DNA of 64,000 bases from Tabrizicola sp. (GTDB taxonomy: Bacteria > Pseudomonadota > Alphaproteobacteria > Rhodobacterales > Rhodobacteraceae), in assembly GCF_034366665.1 (NCBI RefSeq), contig NZ_JAXMMF010000030.1, positions 6,016 to 70,015 of the forward strand, read 5' to 3'. A program made the translations under genes and the position numbers. Position 1 is the first letter of the stretch, and each line of letters opens with the position of its first letter. This document shows, piece after piece, positions 9,050 through 18,947 of the stretch. The notes under the pieces were generated by a model, which was not told the origin of the DNA, ran no database searches, and saw nothing but the letters and a program-made list of their open reading frames with translations.

Positions 9050-9943
9050 ATGGCGCTGCTGACCAATCTGCCGACCGACCTGCTGCGCACCTTCATCGCG
9101 GTGGTGGAACTGGGCGGGCATTCCAAGGCCGGGGCGGTGCTGGGGCGCAGCCAGCCTGCGATTTCCCTGCAAATCCGGCGGCTGGAAGAGCTGGTCCGAA
9201 CGCCCTTGCTGATGCAGGAGGGCAGGGCGATCCACCCGACCCCGGCGGGCGAGGCGCTGTTGTCCTATGCGCGCGAGATGGTGCGGGTGAACGACGAGGC
9301 GGTGCGTTACTTCCACCGCTCGGACATGAACGGGGTGCTGCGCATCGGCTTGCCGACCGACTACGCCGTGGCCTTCCTGCAAGGCACGCTGACGACCTTT
9401 CTGCAGCATCACCCCGACGTGGACCTTGAAATCCATTGCGACCTTAGCCGCGAGTTGCATCAGCACCTGCGCTCGGACGATCTGGACATCATCGTGGCCA
9501 CCATGCCCTCTGCGCGGATGCCTTACCTGTCGCGGTCCTGGATCGAACAGCCGATCTGGGCCGCCGCCGAGGACCTGGCCCTGCGTCCGGACCGGCCGAT
9601 CCCCCTGGGCGCGCATCTGGAAGGCTGCGACTACCGCTCGCGCATGGTCGATGCGCTGGATGCGGCGGGGCGGCGCTGGCGGATCGTCTATACCGGGCCC
9701 GGGATCTCGGGCCTGCAGAACGCGGTGCTGAACAGCTTCTGCATCACGGCGCTGACGCGGGCGACCATGCTGCCGGGAATGCGCGAGCTGTCCGTGGCGG
9801 ATGGGCTGCCAAGCCTGGAACCCCTGCGCGTCGGGTTGTTCTACAAGCACCCGCGCCTGTCGCCTGCGGGCCTGCAACTGGTGAGTGACCTTGTCGCCAG
9901 CCTGGAAAGCGTCGGATCGGGGATCACGCCGTTACCAAACTGA
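9050..9943 (+). CDS. LysR family transcriptional regulator
   Basis: 'LLRTFIAVVELGG..KAG..LGRSQPAISLQIRRLE' HTH; divergent from creatininase. Confidence 0.93.
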   Translation: MALLTNLPTDLLRTFIAVVELGGHSKAGAVLGRSQPAISLQIRRLEELVRTPLLMQEGRAIHPTPAGEALLSYAREMVRVNDEAVRYFHRSDMNGVLRIGLPTDYAVAFLQGTLTTFLQHHPDVDLEIHCDLSRELHQHLRSDDLDIIVATMPSARMPYLSRSWIEQPIWAAAEDLALRPDRPIPLGAHLEGCDYRSRMVDALDAAGRRWRIVYTGPGISGLQNAVLNSFCITALTRATMLPGMRELSVADGLPSLEPLRVGLFYKHPRLSPAGLQLVSDLVASLESVGSGITPLPN

Positions 9944-10070
9944 TCAAGACGCAGGCAGGGATAACGGGCGCTTATCAATGGATTTCAAGAACCGATTTTG
10001 TCTGCCTGATACATTCCCCTAACGTCATGGCAAGAATAAAGCCATCACAACGACAACAGGGAATGCGAAG

Positions 10071-11195
10071 ATGACCAGGATCAATCCGCTTGCGACAGGC
10101 CTGACGCGCCGTTCGCTGCTTGCTTCCGGGGCCGCCGCGCTGGCCACCCCCATGCTCTCGCGCCGCGCCTTCGCGCAGGCGACCGAGCTGACCATGCTGG
10201 CCTGGTACGGTCATGCCGAGCCCGATATGGTTGCCGAGTTCGAGGCCGAGAACAACGTCAAGTTCATCCCGAAATACTATACCGGCGGCGACAACATGCT
10301 GGGGCTGATCTCGCAGTCGCCCCCCGGCACCTTCGACGTGATCCTGTCGGACGCCGAATACGTCCAGGCGCTGAACGCCGCCGGATATGTCGAGGAGCTG
10401 GACCCCGCCGACTATGCGCTGGACGAATATTTCCCCGAGTTCCAGCAGTTTCCCGGCAACTGGCAGGACGGCAAGCTGTTCTCGCTGGTGACGCGTTTCG
10501 GCTTCCTGGGTGTCGCCTACAACACCGACGCGCTGACCGAGGCCGAGGCCGCCAACTACAACGTCTTCTGGGACCCGAAGCTGACCGGCAAGGTCGGGCA
10601 TTTCGACTGGCACCTGCCGAACCTGGGGCAACTGAGCCTGCTGAACGGCAACGCCAACCCCTATGACATCGACGAAGCGGCCTGGGAGGCCGTGAAGGAA
10701 AAGACCATGTCGCTGCGGCCGCAGATCGGTGGCTTCTTCGACTATGGCGGGACCTTCTCGTCCTTGAACGACGGACAGATGCTGGCCTTCTGCGGCATCG
10801 GCGACTGGATCACCGGTGTTCTGGAGAAGTCCGGCGCCAAGGTGAAGTCGGTCATCCCGGAGCAGGGCGGACTGCAGTGGTCGGAGTGCTTCTCGATCGG
10901 CAAGGGGTCGCAGAAGGCGGATCTTGCGAAGAAGTGGATCCAGTACATCACCTCGGCCAAGGGTCAGGCGAAGTCGGCGCAGATGGCGGCCTATCCGGCG
11001 ATCGTGCCGAACGCCAAGGGCTGGGAGGTCCTGCAGGCCGAGAACCCCGACGAGGCCAAGCGCCAGGGCATGACCAAGGATGCCGGTAACGCGATGGACA
11101 TGATCCGCGCAGGCCGGATCAAGTACCGCCAGTGGCCGGTCCAGCAGGACCTGGAGACCTGGAACGACTTCTGGTCGGAATACAAAGGCGCCTGA
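10071..11195 (+). CDS. PotD/PotF-like ABC substrate-binding protein with Tat signal
   Basis: 'LTRRSLL' twin-arginine signal, 'FEAENNVK', 'IPEQGGLQW', 'AKKWIQY'. Confidence 0.85.
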   Translation: MTRINPLATGLTRRSLLASGAAALATPMLSRRAFAQATELTMLAWYGHAEPDMVAEFEAENNVKFIPKYYTGGDNMLGLISQSPPGTFDVILSDAEYVQALNAAGYVEELDPADYALDEYFPEFQQFPGNWQDGKLFSLVTRFGFLGVAYNTDALTEAEAANYNVFWDPKLTGKVGHFDWHLPNLGQLSLLNGNANPYDIDEAAWEAVKEKTMSLRPQIGGFFDYGGTFSSLNDGQMLAFCGIGDWITGVLEKSGAKVKSVIPEQGGLQWSECFSIGKGSQKADLAKKWIQYITSAKGQAKSAQMAAYPAIVPNAKGWEVLQAENPDEAKRQGMTKDAGNAMDMIRAGRIKYRQWPVQQDLETWNDFWSEYKGA

Positions 11196-11205
11196 GCCTT
11201 GACGA

Positions 11206-11237
11206 TGCGGGCCGGGGGGGCGATCCCCCGGCCCGCA
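11206..11237 (+). other. 13-bp stem-loop between binding-protein and permease genes (mRNA stabiliser or attenuator)
   Basis: TGCGGGCCGGGGG-N6-CCCCCGGCCCGCA. Confidence 0.55.
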
Positions 11238-11262
11238 GTCCTTTGCAGGAGAGCGCCCGCCG

Positions 11263-12108
11263 ATGCGACGCCCGATCACCCTTTACGGTCTGACCTTCTC
11301 GTTGCCGCTTCTGGTCTGGCAGGTCCTGTTCTTCGTCTTCCCGCTTTTGTTCCTGGTCGCGCTGTCCTTCTGGACGGTGAAGAACTTCGTGATGTCGCCG
11401 GATTTCGACACGGTGAACTGGACCACGATGTATGGCCGCGCGGTGTTCTGGCAGGCCTACGGGAACACTCTGGCACTGGCCGCCGCGGCTGCGGTGCTGA
11501 CCAGCATCCTCGCCTTCCCGGCCTCTTACGCCATCGCGTTCAAGATGTCGGACACCGCGCGGCGCTGGGCGGTGTTCCTGATGGTGATCCCGTTCTTCAC
11601 CAGCTACCTGGTTCGCATCTATTCCTGGCAGATATTCCTGTCGGACAACGGGATCATCAACGTCATCCTGGGCTGGATCGGCCTAGGCCCCTACCAGATG
11701 CTGAACACCGTCGGGGCCACCATGATCGGATACCTGACGCTGGCCTTCCCGCTGGTGGTCCTGTTGCAGCTGTTCAGCCTGGTCTTCATTGACCGCACGC
11801 TGATCGAGGCCGCACACAACATGCGCTGCGGACGGCTGCGGACGGTGTTCGAGGTGATCATCCCCTCGGCCCGCACCGGGTTGGTCATCGCGGCGCTGTT
11901 CTGTTTCATCCTGGCCTTCGGCGATTTCGTCAGCCCGGTCTACCTGGGCGGGGGGGAGCCGACGACGCTGTCGATCCTGATCACCGACACCACCAAGTCC
12001 GGCCAGCAATGGCCCCGCGCCGCCGTGATCGCGCTGACGATGATCGGCACGCTGATGGTCGTCGCCTTCGCCGCCGTCAAGTTTGCCTACAAGGGGAAGT
12101 CCAAGTGA
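11263..12108 (+). CDS. ABC transporter permease (PotB-like)
   Basis: 'IPFFTSYLVRIYSW', 'LIEAAHNMRC', 'FGDFVSPVYLGG', 'QWPRAA'. Confidence 0.9.
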   Translation: MRRPITLYGLTFSLPLLVWQVLFFVFPLLFLVALSFWTVKNFVMSPDFDTVNWTTMYGRAVFWQAYGNTLALAAAAAVLTSILAFPASYAIAFKMSDTARRWAVFLMVIPFFTSYLVRIYSWQIFLSDNGIINVILGWIGLGPYQMLNTVGATMIGYLTLAFPLVVLLQLFSLVFIDRTLIEAAHNMRCGRLRTVFEVIIPSARTGLVIAALFCFILAFGDFVSPVYLGGGEPTTLSILITDTTKSGQQWPRAAVIALTMIGTLMVVAFAAVKFAYKGKSK

Positions 12109-12148
12109 TTGGGGGGAAGTCCAAGTGATTGGGGGGAAGTCGAAATGA
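12093..12148 (+). repeat. 20-bp tandem repeat (GGGGAAGTCCAAGTGATTGG x2 plus a diverged third copy)
   Basis: Read directly: copies at 12093, 12113 and 12133. Confidence 0.9.
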
Positions 12149-12963
12149 GCGGCTCTGCCGACCTGAACCGCAACCGGGCCGTCGACTGGGCGCTGGTCGT
12201 CTACGTGATCCTGGCCTATGCCTTCGTCTTCGCCCCCATTGCGGCCAGCTTCGTCTTCAGCTTCAACTCGGACCGCTTCCCGTCGATCCCGCTGGGAGAG
12301 TTCTCGCTGGATTGGTACCGCGCTGTGGCCACGGACCCGCTGGTCTGGGAAGGCGCCGGGAACACGCTCTTTGTCGGCGTAATCGTCGGCATCGTCTCGA
12401 CCGCGCTGGGGTTCGGGGCGGCCTATACCGACTACCGTTACAAGTTCGCGGGCAAGCAGGTGTACCTGGCGCTGGCGCTCTTGCCGCCGACGATCCCAGT
12501 GATCATCCTGGGTCTGGCGATGCTGGCCTACCTGTCCCGCATCAACCTGTCGGGCAACGCGCTGTCGGTCATCATCTCTCACGTCGTCGTCTGCGCGCCC
12601 TTCGCGATGGCGATCATCCGGTTGCGCCTGTCCCAGATGGACCCGGCGCTGGAGCCTGCGGCCTGGAACCTGGGTGCCTCGGAATGGATGGCGATGCGGC
12701 ATGTCATCGTGCCGTTCTGCGCGCCCGCGATCTTCGGGGCGCTCTTCATCACGATGGCCGTCAGCTTCGACGAGTTCGCCGTGGCCTGGTTCGTCTCGGG
12801 CCTGAATGAAACCCTGCCGGTCAAGGTTCTGGGCTTTCTGCAAGGCCAGGTCAGCCCGCGGATCAACGCGATCGGCACCTTCGTCTTCATCCTTTCCATG
12901 ACGCTTGTGATCCTGGCGCAGCTTCTGCTGTCCGGCCGCGGCGCCAAGCCCGCCAAGGAGTAA
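12145..12963 (+). CDS. ABC transporter permease (PotC-like)
   Basis: 'SFNSDRFP...FSLDWY', 'LEPAAWNLGAS', 'SFDEF', 'TLPV', 'PRINAI'. Confidence 0.9.
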   Translation: MSGSADLNRNRAVDWALVVYVILAYAFVFAPIAASFVFSFNSDRFPSIPLGEFSLDWYRAVATDPLVWEGAGNTLFVGVIVGIVSTALGFGAAYTDYRYKFAGKQVYLALALLPPTIPVIILGLAMLAYLSRINLSGNALSVIISHVVVCAPFAMAIIRLRLSQMDPALEPAAWNLGASEWMAMRHVIVPFCAPAIFGALFITMAVSFDEFAVAWFVSGLNETLPVKVLGFLQGQVSPRINAIGTFVFILSMTLVILAQLLLSGRGAKPAKE

Positions 12964-12967
12964 CCCC

Positions 12968-14050
12968 ATGAGCCGCGATACACTGGTGTCCTTCGAGGGC
13001 GTGGTCAAAAGTTTCGGCACCTTCGTCGCCGTCAAGAAGCTGGACTTCGAGATCAGGAAGGGCGAGTTCCTGGCGATCATGGGCTCGTCGGGCTGCGGGA
13101 AGACCACGACGTTGCGGATGCTGGCGGGGCTGGAAGCCCCTTCGGAAGGGGTGATCAAGCTTTCCGGCAAGCCGATCAACGACCTGCCGACCTGGAGCCG
13201 CGATACGCCGATGGTCTGGCAGAGCCTCGCGTTGTTCCCGTTCCTGAACGTGCGGGAAAACGTGGAGTTCGCGCTGAAGATGCGCGGCGTGGGCAAGGCG
13301 GAACGCCGCCGCCGTGCCGAACAGTGGCTGGACCGGATGCAGATCACCGAGTTCGCCGAGCGCAACATCAGCCAGCTGTCCGGCGGCCAGCGGCAGCGTG
13401 TGGCCCTGGCGCGGTCGCTGGTGGTGGAGCCGGAAATCCTGCTGCTCGACGAACCGCTGTCCGCGCTGGATGCGGCGCTGAAGGTGCGGATGCAGTCGGT
13501 GCTGAAGAACCTCCAGCGCGAGACGGGGATCACCTTCGTCTATGTCACCCACAGCCAGTCCGAGGCCTTTTCGATGGCCGACCGCGTGGTGATCATGAGC
13601 CGGGGCGTGATCGAGCAGATCGGCACGCCGCAAGAGATCTACCGCACCCCGCGCACCCGCTTTGTGGCCGACTTCCTGGGGTCGTCGAACCTTTTCAGCG
13701 GCAAGGTCCGGGCGGGCGGGCAGGGCAAGGTGCTGGATACTCCGGCCGGGCAGTTCGCCCTTTCGGGGGACGCAGCCGGGCTGGGCGAGGCGGCGACCCT
13801 CACGGTGCTGGACACCAAGACCCATCTCAGCGTCGAGAAACCCGCAAACGCGGTCAACGTCGTCCCGGTCCGGGTCATCGGCGAGGAATTTGTCGGGGCG
13901 ACGGCCACGCTGTACCTTGAAACCGCTCAGGGCCAGGAAATCCGCGTCCAGAAGGGTCATGACGAGATCGCCGATCTTCCCACCGACATCGGCCAGGGTC
14001 TTTACGCCTGGTGGAACCCGCAGGATGGCCATCTTGTCGCCGAAGCCTGA
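12968..14050 (+). CDS. ABC transporter ATP-binding protein (PotA-like)
   Basis: Walker A GSSGCGKT, LSGGQ, LLLDEP, VTH; C-terminal TOBE-like region. Confidence 0.93.
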   Translation: MSRDTLVSFEGVVKSFGTFVAVKKLDFEIRKGEFLAIMGSSGCGKTTTLRMLAGLEAPSEGVIKLSGKPINDLPTWSRDTPMVWQSLALFPFLNVRENVEFALKMRGVGKAERRRRAEQWLDRMQITEFAERNISQLSGGQRQRVALARSLVVEPEILLLDEPLSALDAALKVRMQSVLKNLQRETGITFVYVTHSQSEAFSMADRVVIMSRGVIEQIGTPQEIYRTPRTRFVADFLGSSNLFSGKVRAGGQGKVLDTPAGQFALSGDAAGLGEAATLTVLDTKTHLSVEKPANAVNVVPVRVIGEEFVGATATLYLETAQGQEIRVQKGHDEIADLPTDIGQGLYAWWNPQDGHLVAEA

Positions 14051-14297
14051 CCCCTGGGCCTGTCCGTTTCCCGCCGCCCGTCTTGGCCCGGGCGCCGTCG
14101 ATCTTGCCACGGAGCGTTGCCGCATGAGCATTGTCCTCCTTCAGGGCGGTGGCCTGTCGCCCCAACAACTGAACCAGGTGCCGCTGGGCCAAGGCGCCCT
14201 GTCACGGGCCTTTGCATGGGGTCTTGCACGACTGTCCCCACGTCGGCGCCGGACCCTGACCCATGACTGACCGCCAGCTTACCAGAAGGGACGCGCC

Positions 14298-15314
14298 ATG
14301 ACGCTTTACGTCGAGGGACGCCGCTTTCACGACGCCCGCGCCATCATCCCGCGCGGCGTGGCCTATGTTCCGGTGACCGGCCCGGTCACAACGCGCGAGT
14401 TTGCTTTCCTGGCTCTGCCGCACTTCACGCTGCTGGCCTTTTCATCGGCCATCGAACCCCTGCGCATCGCCAATCAGCTGACCCAGCAGCCGCTTTATGG
14501 CTGGAGTCTGTTCAGCATGGATGGCGCACCCGTGGAAAGCTCGGCCGGGGTGCGCATCGAGGTCGATCACGGTCTGATACCCCTTCGGCGCGAAACCACG
14601 GTCATCGTCTGTTCGGGCACCGATGCGCAGGCAGCCGACCGCAGCGTCCTGAGCTGGCTGCGCGCGCATGTCCGGCAGGGGGGCGGGATCGGTGCGATCT
14701 GCACCGGGGCCTATACTCTGGCGCGCGCGGGTCTTCTGGGCGAGGATACGCCCGCCGTGCATTGGGAAAACGGCCCCGCCTTCCGCGAGCTTTTCGATGT
14801 CGAGCCGCTGCAGCAGCTGTACGTCATCGGCAAGAAGCACTTCTCCTGCGCGGGGGGCGAGGCGGGTATCGACATGATGCTGGCGCTTATCGCGGAAGAT
14901 CACGGCAAGAAGCTTGCCGACGCGGTCGCCGAGATGTGCCTGCACGGCCGCCACCGCGAGGCGGATGTCGTGCAGAAGGCGATCTACCCGAAGGCGATGC
15001 TGACCCGACACCCCGGGATTGCCAAGGTGATCGCCGCGATGAAAGAGAACATCGCCACTCCGCTTGGTCAGGAAGAGCTTGCCGAGGTCTTCGGTCGGAC
15101 CCCCCGCCACCTTGAACGCATCTTCAAGGCGGTGATGCAGGAGACACCCAAGGGCTATTACCTTGGTTTGCGCCTGCAAGAAGCCCGCAACCTGCTTAGC
15201 GAGACGACCCTTTCGATCCTGGAAGTCGCCATCGCGACGGGGTTCAACTCACGGTCCAGCTTCTCGAAGGCCTACAAGACCCGCTTCAAGGTCAGCCCGT
15301 CCAGCCTGAGATAG
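14298..15314 (+). CDS. GlxA/GbdR/SouR family AraC regulator
   Basis: DJ-1-like domain 'EPLRIANQL', 'ICTGAYTLARAGLL', 'VHWEN'; C-terminal AraC double HTH. Confidence 0.9.
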   Translation: MTLYVEGRRFHDARAIIPRGVAYVPVTGPVTTREFAFLALPHFTLLAFSSAIEPLRIANQLTQQPLYGWSLFSMDGAPVESSAGVRIEVDHGLIPLRRETTVIVCSGTDAQAADRSVLSWLRAHVRQGGGIGAICTGAYTLARAGLLGEDTPAVHWENGPAFRELFDVEPLQQLYVIGKKHFSCAGGEAGIDMMLALIAEDHGKKLADAVAEMCLHGRHREADVVQKAIYPKAMLTRHPGIAKVIAAMKENIATPLGQEELAEVFGRTPRHLERIFKAVMQETPKGYYLGLRLQEARNLLSETTLSILEVAIATGFNSRSSFSKAYKTRFKVSPSSLR

Positions 15315-15480
15315 TGAAGAGGGCGGGCACGAAACCCGCTCCATTCGGGTGCTGAATACCCGTGTGTGACGCCCGGTCCGGTGCGGATGGCAGGCAGGTT
15401 TGCCGCCCGCTGGCACGACCGCGGCTTGAGTTTGGCCCCCGACCCCAATACACCTGCAGGGACCAAGGAAGGACCTGCCC

Positions 15481-16515
15481 ATGCGCATTCATCAGGATCT
15501 GGCCGACACGATCGGGAACACGCCGCTTCTGAAGCTGAAGAAGGCTTCGGAGATGACCGGCTGCACCATCCTCGGCAAGGCCGAGTTCATGAACCCCGGC
15601 CAGTCGGTCAAGGACCGGGCGGCGCTTTACATCATCAAGGATGCGGTGGCCAAGGGTCTTCTGAAGCCCGGCGGGACCATCGTCGAGGGGACGGCAGGCA
15701 ATACCGGGATCGGCCTTGCGCTGGTGGGGGCCTCGATGGGGTTCCGCACCGTGATCGTGATCCCGGAAACGCAAAGCCAGGAAAAGAAGGACATGCTGCG
15801 GCTGGCGGGGGCCGAGCTGGTGCAGGTCCCGGCCGCCCCCTACCGCAACCCGAACAACTATGTCCGCTATTCGGGCCGTCTGGCCGAGGCGCTGGCGAAG
15901 ACCGAACCCAATGGCGCGATCTGGGCCAACCAGTTCGACAATGTGGCGAACCGTCAGGCCCATATCGAAACCACCGGCCCGGAAATCTGGGACCAGACCG
16001 GCGGCAAGGTCGATGGCTTCATCTGTGCCGTGGGCTCGGGCGGCACCCTGGCCGGTGTGGCCGAGGCCTTGCAGTCCAAGGGCGTGAAGATCGGTCTGGC
16101 CGACCCCGAGGGCGCGGCGCTGCATTCCTTCTACACTACCGGCAAGCTGGAAAGCCCCGGCAATTCCATCACCGAAGGCATCGGGCAGGGGCGGATCACC
16201 GCGAACCTGGAAGGCTTCACCCCGGATTTCAGCTACCGTATCCCGGACAACGAGGCGCTGCCGATCATCTTCGATCTTCTGACCGACGAGGGGCTTTGCA
16301 TGGGCGGCTCGACCGGCATCAACATCGCGGGCGCAATGCGGATGGCCCGCGACATGGGGCCGGGCAAGACCATCGTCACCATCCTGTGCGACTATGGCAG
16401 CCGCTATCAGTCCAAGATCTACAACCCGACCTTCCTGCGCGAAAAGGGCCTGCCGGTCCCCGATTGGCTGGACCGTCCCGCCCGTCCGATCCCGCCGGTC
16501 TACGAGGACGCATGA
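15481..16515 (+). CDS. cysK: cysteine synthase A
   Basis: 'IGNTPL', PLP lysine 'NPGQSVKDR', 'EGTAGNTGIG', 'GSGGT', 'TEGIG'. Confidence 0.95.
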   Translation: MRIHQDLADTIGNTPLLKLKKASEMTGCTILGKAEFMNPGQSVKDRAALYIIKDAVAKGLLKPGGTIVEGTAGNTGIGLALVGASMGFRTVIVIPETQSQEKKDMLRLAGAELVQVPAAPYRNPNNYVRYSGRLAEALAKTEPNGAIWANQFDNVANRQAHIETTGPEIWDQTGGKVDGFICAVGSGGTLAGVAEALQSKGVKIGLADPEGAALHSFYTTGKLESPGNSITEGIGQGRITANLEGFTPDFSYRIPDNEALPIIFDLLTDEGLCMGGSTGINIAGAMRMARDMGPGKTIVTILCDYGSRYQSKIYNPTFLREKGLPVPDWLDRPARPIPPVYEDA

Positions 16516-18947
16516 CGCGGCTTCTTCTCTGGCTGGGCCTGGTCCTTGCACTGGCAGCGGCGCCGGGGCTGGCCCAGGACCAGACGGGGACGCCGGTTGC
16601 GGCCGAGGAACCGGCGACGGACGGGGCCGAACTTGACTATGCCCTGTGGGAGCGGATGGCCGAACGGGCCGAGGCCGAGATCGGCAACCGCTACACCTCG
16701 TCCGATCGGATGGAGGAAATCCGTGCCCAGCTGGCCAAGTGGCGCGCGGCCCTTCTGAACGCGCAAAGCGCCAACTCGGCGCGGATCGCCACAGTGCGCC
16801 AGCAGATCGACGCGCTGGGTCCCGCGCCCGCGGACGGGGCGACCGAGGCGGACGAAATTTCGGTCCGCCGACAGGAACTGGCCAGCCAGCTGGTCAAGCT
16901 GCAGGCCCCCGGCATTGCCGCCGAAGAGGCCTATCGCCGCGCCGACGGGTTGATCGACGAGATCGACCGCACCTTGCGCGAACGCCAGGCCGACCAGCTG
17001 CTGCAGCTTTGGCCCTCGCCCCTGAACCCCGGAAACTGGCCCGAGGCGGCCATCGGTTTTGCCGACACGGTGCAGCGGATCTGGGACGAGACCATCGAAT
17101 CCTGGGATGACCCTAGGGCGCGGGAAGAGCTGTTCGACAACCTGCCGCTGATCGTCATCCTGGTCATCGTGGCTTTGGCCCTGGTGTTCTATGTCCGCCG
17201 CTGGATCGAGCGCTTTGCCGAGCGGCTGCAGGAAGGCGCTTCGGTCCGGGGCCGGCATTTCTGGGCGCTTCTCGCCTCGATGGGGGGGATCGTCCTGCCG
17301 ACAGGCGGAGTGGTCCTGCTGTCCTGGGCCCTGGCGGCCAGCGGCATGCTGGGCGAGGTCGGGTCCCGGATCGCCGGGACACTGCCCGTCGCGGGCTTCG
17401 TCGTGTTCGCCGCCGCCTGGCTTGGCGCGCGGGCCTTCCCCCGCATCCAGGGCGAGGGCGCCGTGCTGCCCTTGCCGCCGGAACGCCGGGCCGAGGGGCG
17501 CTTTCTGTCGGTCATGATGGGCCTGGTGATCGCCGCCGACATGCTGCGCGGCGCGGCTATGGATGCGCAGGCCTATTCGGACGCCACGACCTCGGTCATG
17601 TCCTTTCCGATCCTGGTGACGGGCGGCCTTGTGCTGTTGCGCCTGGGCCGGACGCTGCGCAAGACGCGCGAGACAGAGGACAGATCCTCCAGCTATTCCT
17701 TGCGGCTGATCCAGCTTCTGGCGCGCGCCCTGACGGTGCTGGGCATCCTGGGCCCGGTGCTGGCGGGCTTCGGCTATGTCCAGGCGGCCGAGGCGGTGAT
17801 CTATCCCGCGATGATGTCCTTCGCGCTGGTTGCCTTCCTCTTCATCCTGCAACGCCTGATCGGTGACGCCTGGGTGCTGATCACAAGGTCCGAGGAAACC
17901 GCTCAGGACGCGCTGGTGCCGGTCCTGGCGGGCTTCTTCCTGGCCATCGCCGCGCTGCCCGTGCTGGCGCTGATCTGGGGCGCGCGCTTCTCGGACCTGA
18001 CCGAGATCTGGAACCGCTTCACCGAAGGCTTCCAGATCGGCGGCACGACGATTTCGCCATCGAATTTCATGATCTTCGCGGCGGTCTTCGTGATCGGCTA
18101 CATGCTGACGCGTCTTTTCCAGGGCGCGCTGCGCACCACGATCCTGCCGAAGACCCGGATGGAGCCTGGTGGGCAGACCGCGCTGGTCGCGGGCGTGGGG
18201 TATGTCGGTGTCTTCCTGGCCGCCCTGATCGCGATCAACGCGGCCGGGCTGGACCTCTCCGGCCTTGCCATCGTCGCCGGTGCCCTGTCGGTCGGTATCG
18301 GTTTCGGCCTGCAGAACATCGTGTCGAACTTCATCTCGGGGATCATCCTGCTTGTCGAACGCCCGGTCAGCGAGGGCGACTGGATCGAGGTCGGCACCGT
18401 GCAGGGCAAGGTCCGGTCGATCAGCGTCCGGTCGACGCGGATCGAGACCTTCGACCGCAACGACGTCATCGTCCCGAACGCCGACCTGATCACCGGACGC
18501 GTCACCAACTGGACACGGTTCAACCTGTCGGGCCGGATCATCGTGCCGGTGGCGGTGGCTTTGGGGTCGGATACCCGGAAGGTCGAAAAGCTTTTGCGCG
18601 AAATCGCCGAAGAGCAGCCCCTTGCCATCCTGAACCCGCCGCCCGTCATCGCCTTCACCGGTTATACCGCCACCCAGCTGACCTTCGAGATCCGGGTGAT
18701 CCTGCGCGACGTGAACTTCGGCGTGCAGGTGCGCAGCGACATCAACCACCGGCTTCTGCAGCGGCTGGCCGAAGAGGACATCCATATCGTCCCGCCTCCG
18801 GCCCCCCCGGCGCCGGCTGACCCGATGAAGGCCGCCGATGCAGTGCTGGCGCTGGCCGAACTGGTCGAGCATGAGCGGCCTGCGTCCAGGGCCGGGAAAT
18901 CCACGCCGCAGACGCCTGCGGCCGAAGTGAAAGGGGCCGAACGGTGA
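16512..18947 (+). CDS. MscS/MscK-like mechanosensitive channel with N-terminal periplasmic (DUF3772-like) region
   Basis: Signal peptide, coiled coil, many TMs, 'GALSVGIGFGLQNIVSNFISG', 'GDWIEV', 'VIVPN'; ATGA overlap with cysK. Confidence 0.9.
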   Translation: MTRLLLWLGLVLALAAAPGLAQDQTGTPVAAEEPATDGAELDYALWERMAERAEAEIGNRYTSSDRMEEIRAQLAKWRAALLNAQSANSARIATVRQQIDALGPAPADGATEADEISVRRQELASQLVKLQAPGIAAEEAYRRADGLIDEIDRTLRERQADQLLQLWPSPLNPGNWPEAAIGFADTVQRIWDETIESWDDPRAREELFDNLPLIVILVIVALALVFYVRRWIERFAERLQEGASVRGRHFWALLASMGGIVLPTGGVVLLSWALAASGMLGEVGSRIAGTLPVAGFVVFAAAWLGARAFPRIQGEGAVLPLPPERRAEGRFLSVMMGLVIAADMLRGAAMDAQAYSDATTSVMSFPILVTGGLVLLRLGRTLRKTRETEDRSSSYSLRLIQLLARALTVLGILGPVLAGFGYVQAAEAVIYPAMMSFALVAFLFILQRLIGDAWVLITRSEETAQDALVPVLAGFFLAIAALPVLALIWGARFSDLTEIWNRFTEGFQIGGTTISPSNFMIFAAVFVIGYMLTRLFQGALRTTILPKTRMEPGGQTALVAGVGYVGVFLAALIAINAAGLDLSGLAIVAGALSVGIGFGLQNIVSNFISGIILLVERPVSEGDWIEVGTVQGKVRSISVRSTRIETFDRNDVIVPNADLITGRVTNWTRFNLSGRIIVPVAVALGSDTRKVEKLLREIAEEQPLAILNPPPVIAFTGYTATQLTFEIRVILRDVNFGVQVRSDINHRLLQRLAEEDIHIVPPPAPPAPADPMKAADAVLALAELVEHERPASRAGKSTPQTPAAEVKGAER

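Noticed and set aside
12093-12148. Possible mini CRISPR array
   Set aside because: The repeats are directly adjacent with no spacers, and no cas genes are present.
10071-14050. Assigning potABCD gene symbols
   Set aside because: Only family-level similarity is supported, and the context points to a different substrate.
15366-16511. 1193-aa ORF suggesting a giant MscS fusion overlapping cysK
   Set aside because: The N-terminal 380 aa are an off-frame shadow of cysK. The real MscS starts at ATG 16512 with a signal peptide and an ATGA overlap.
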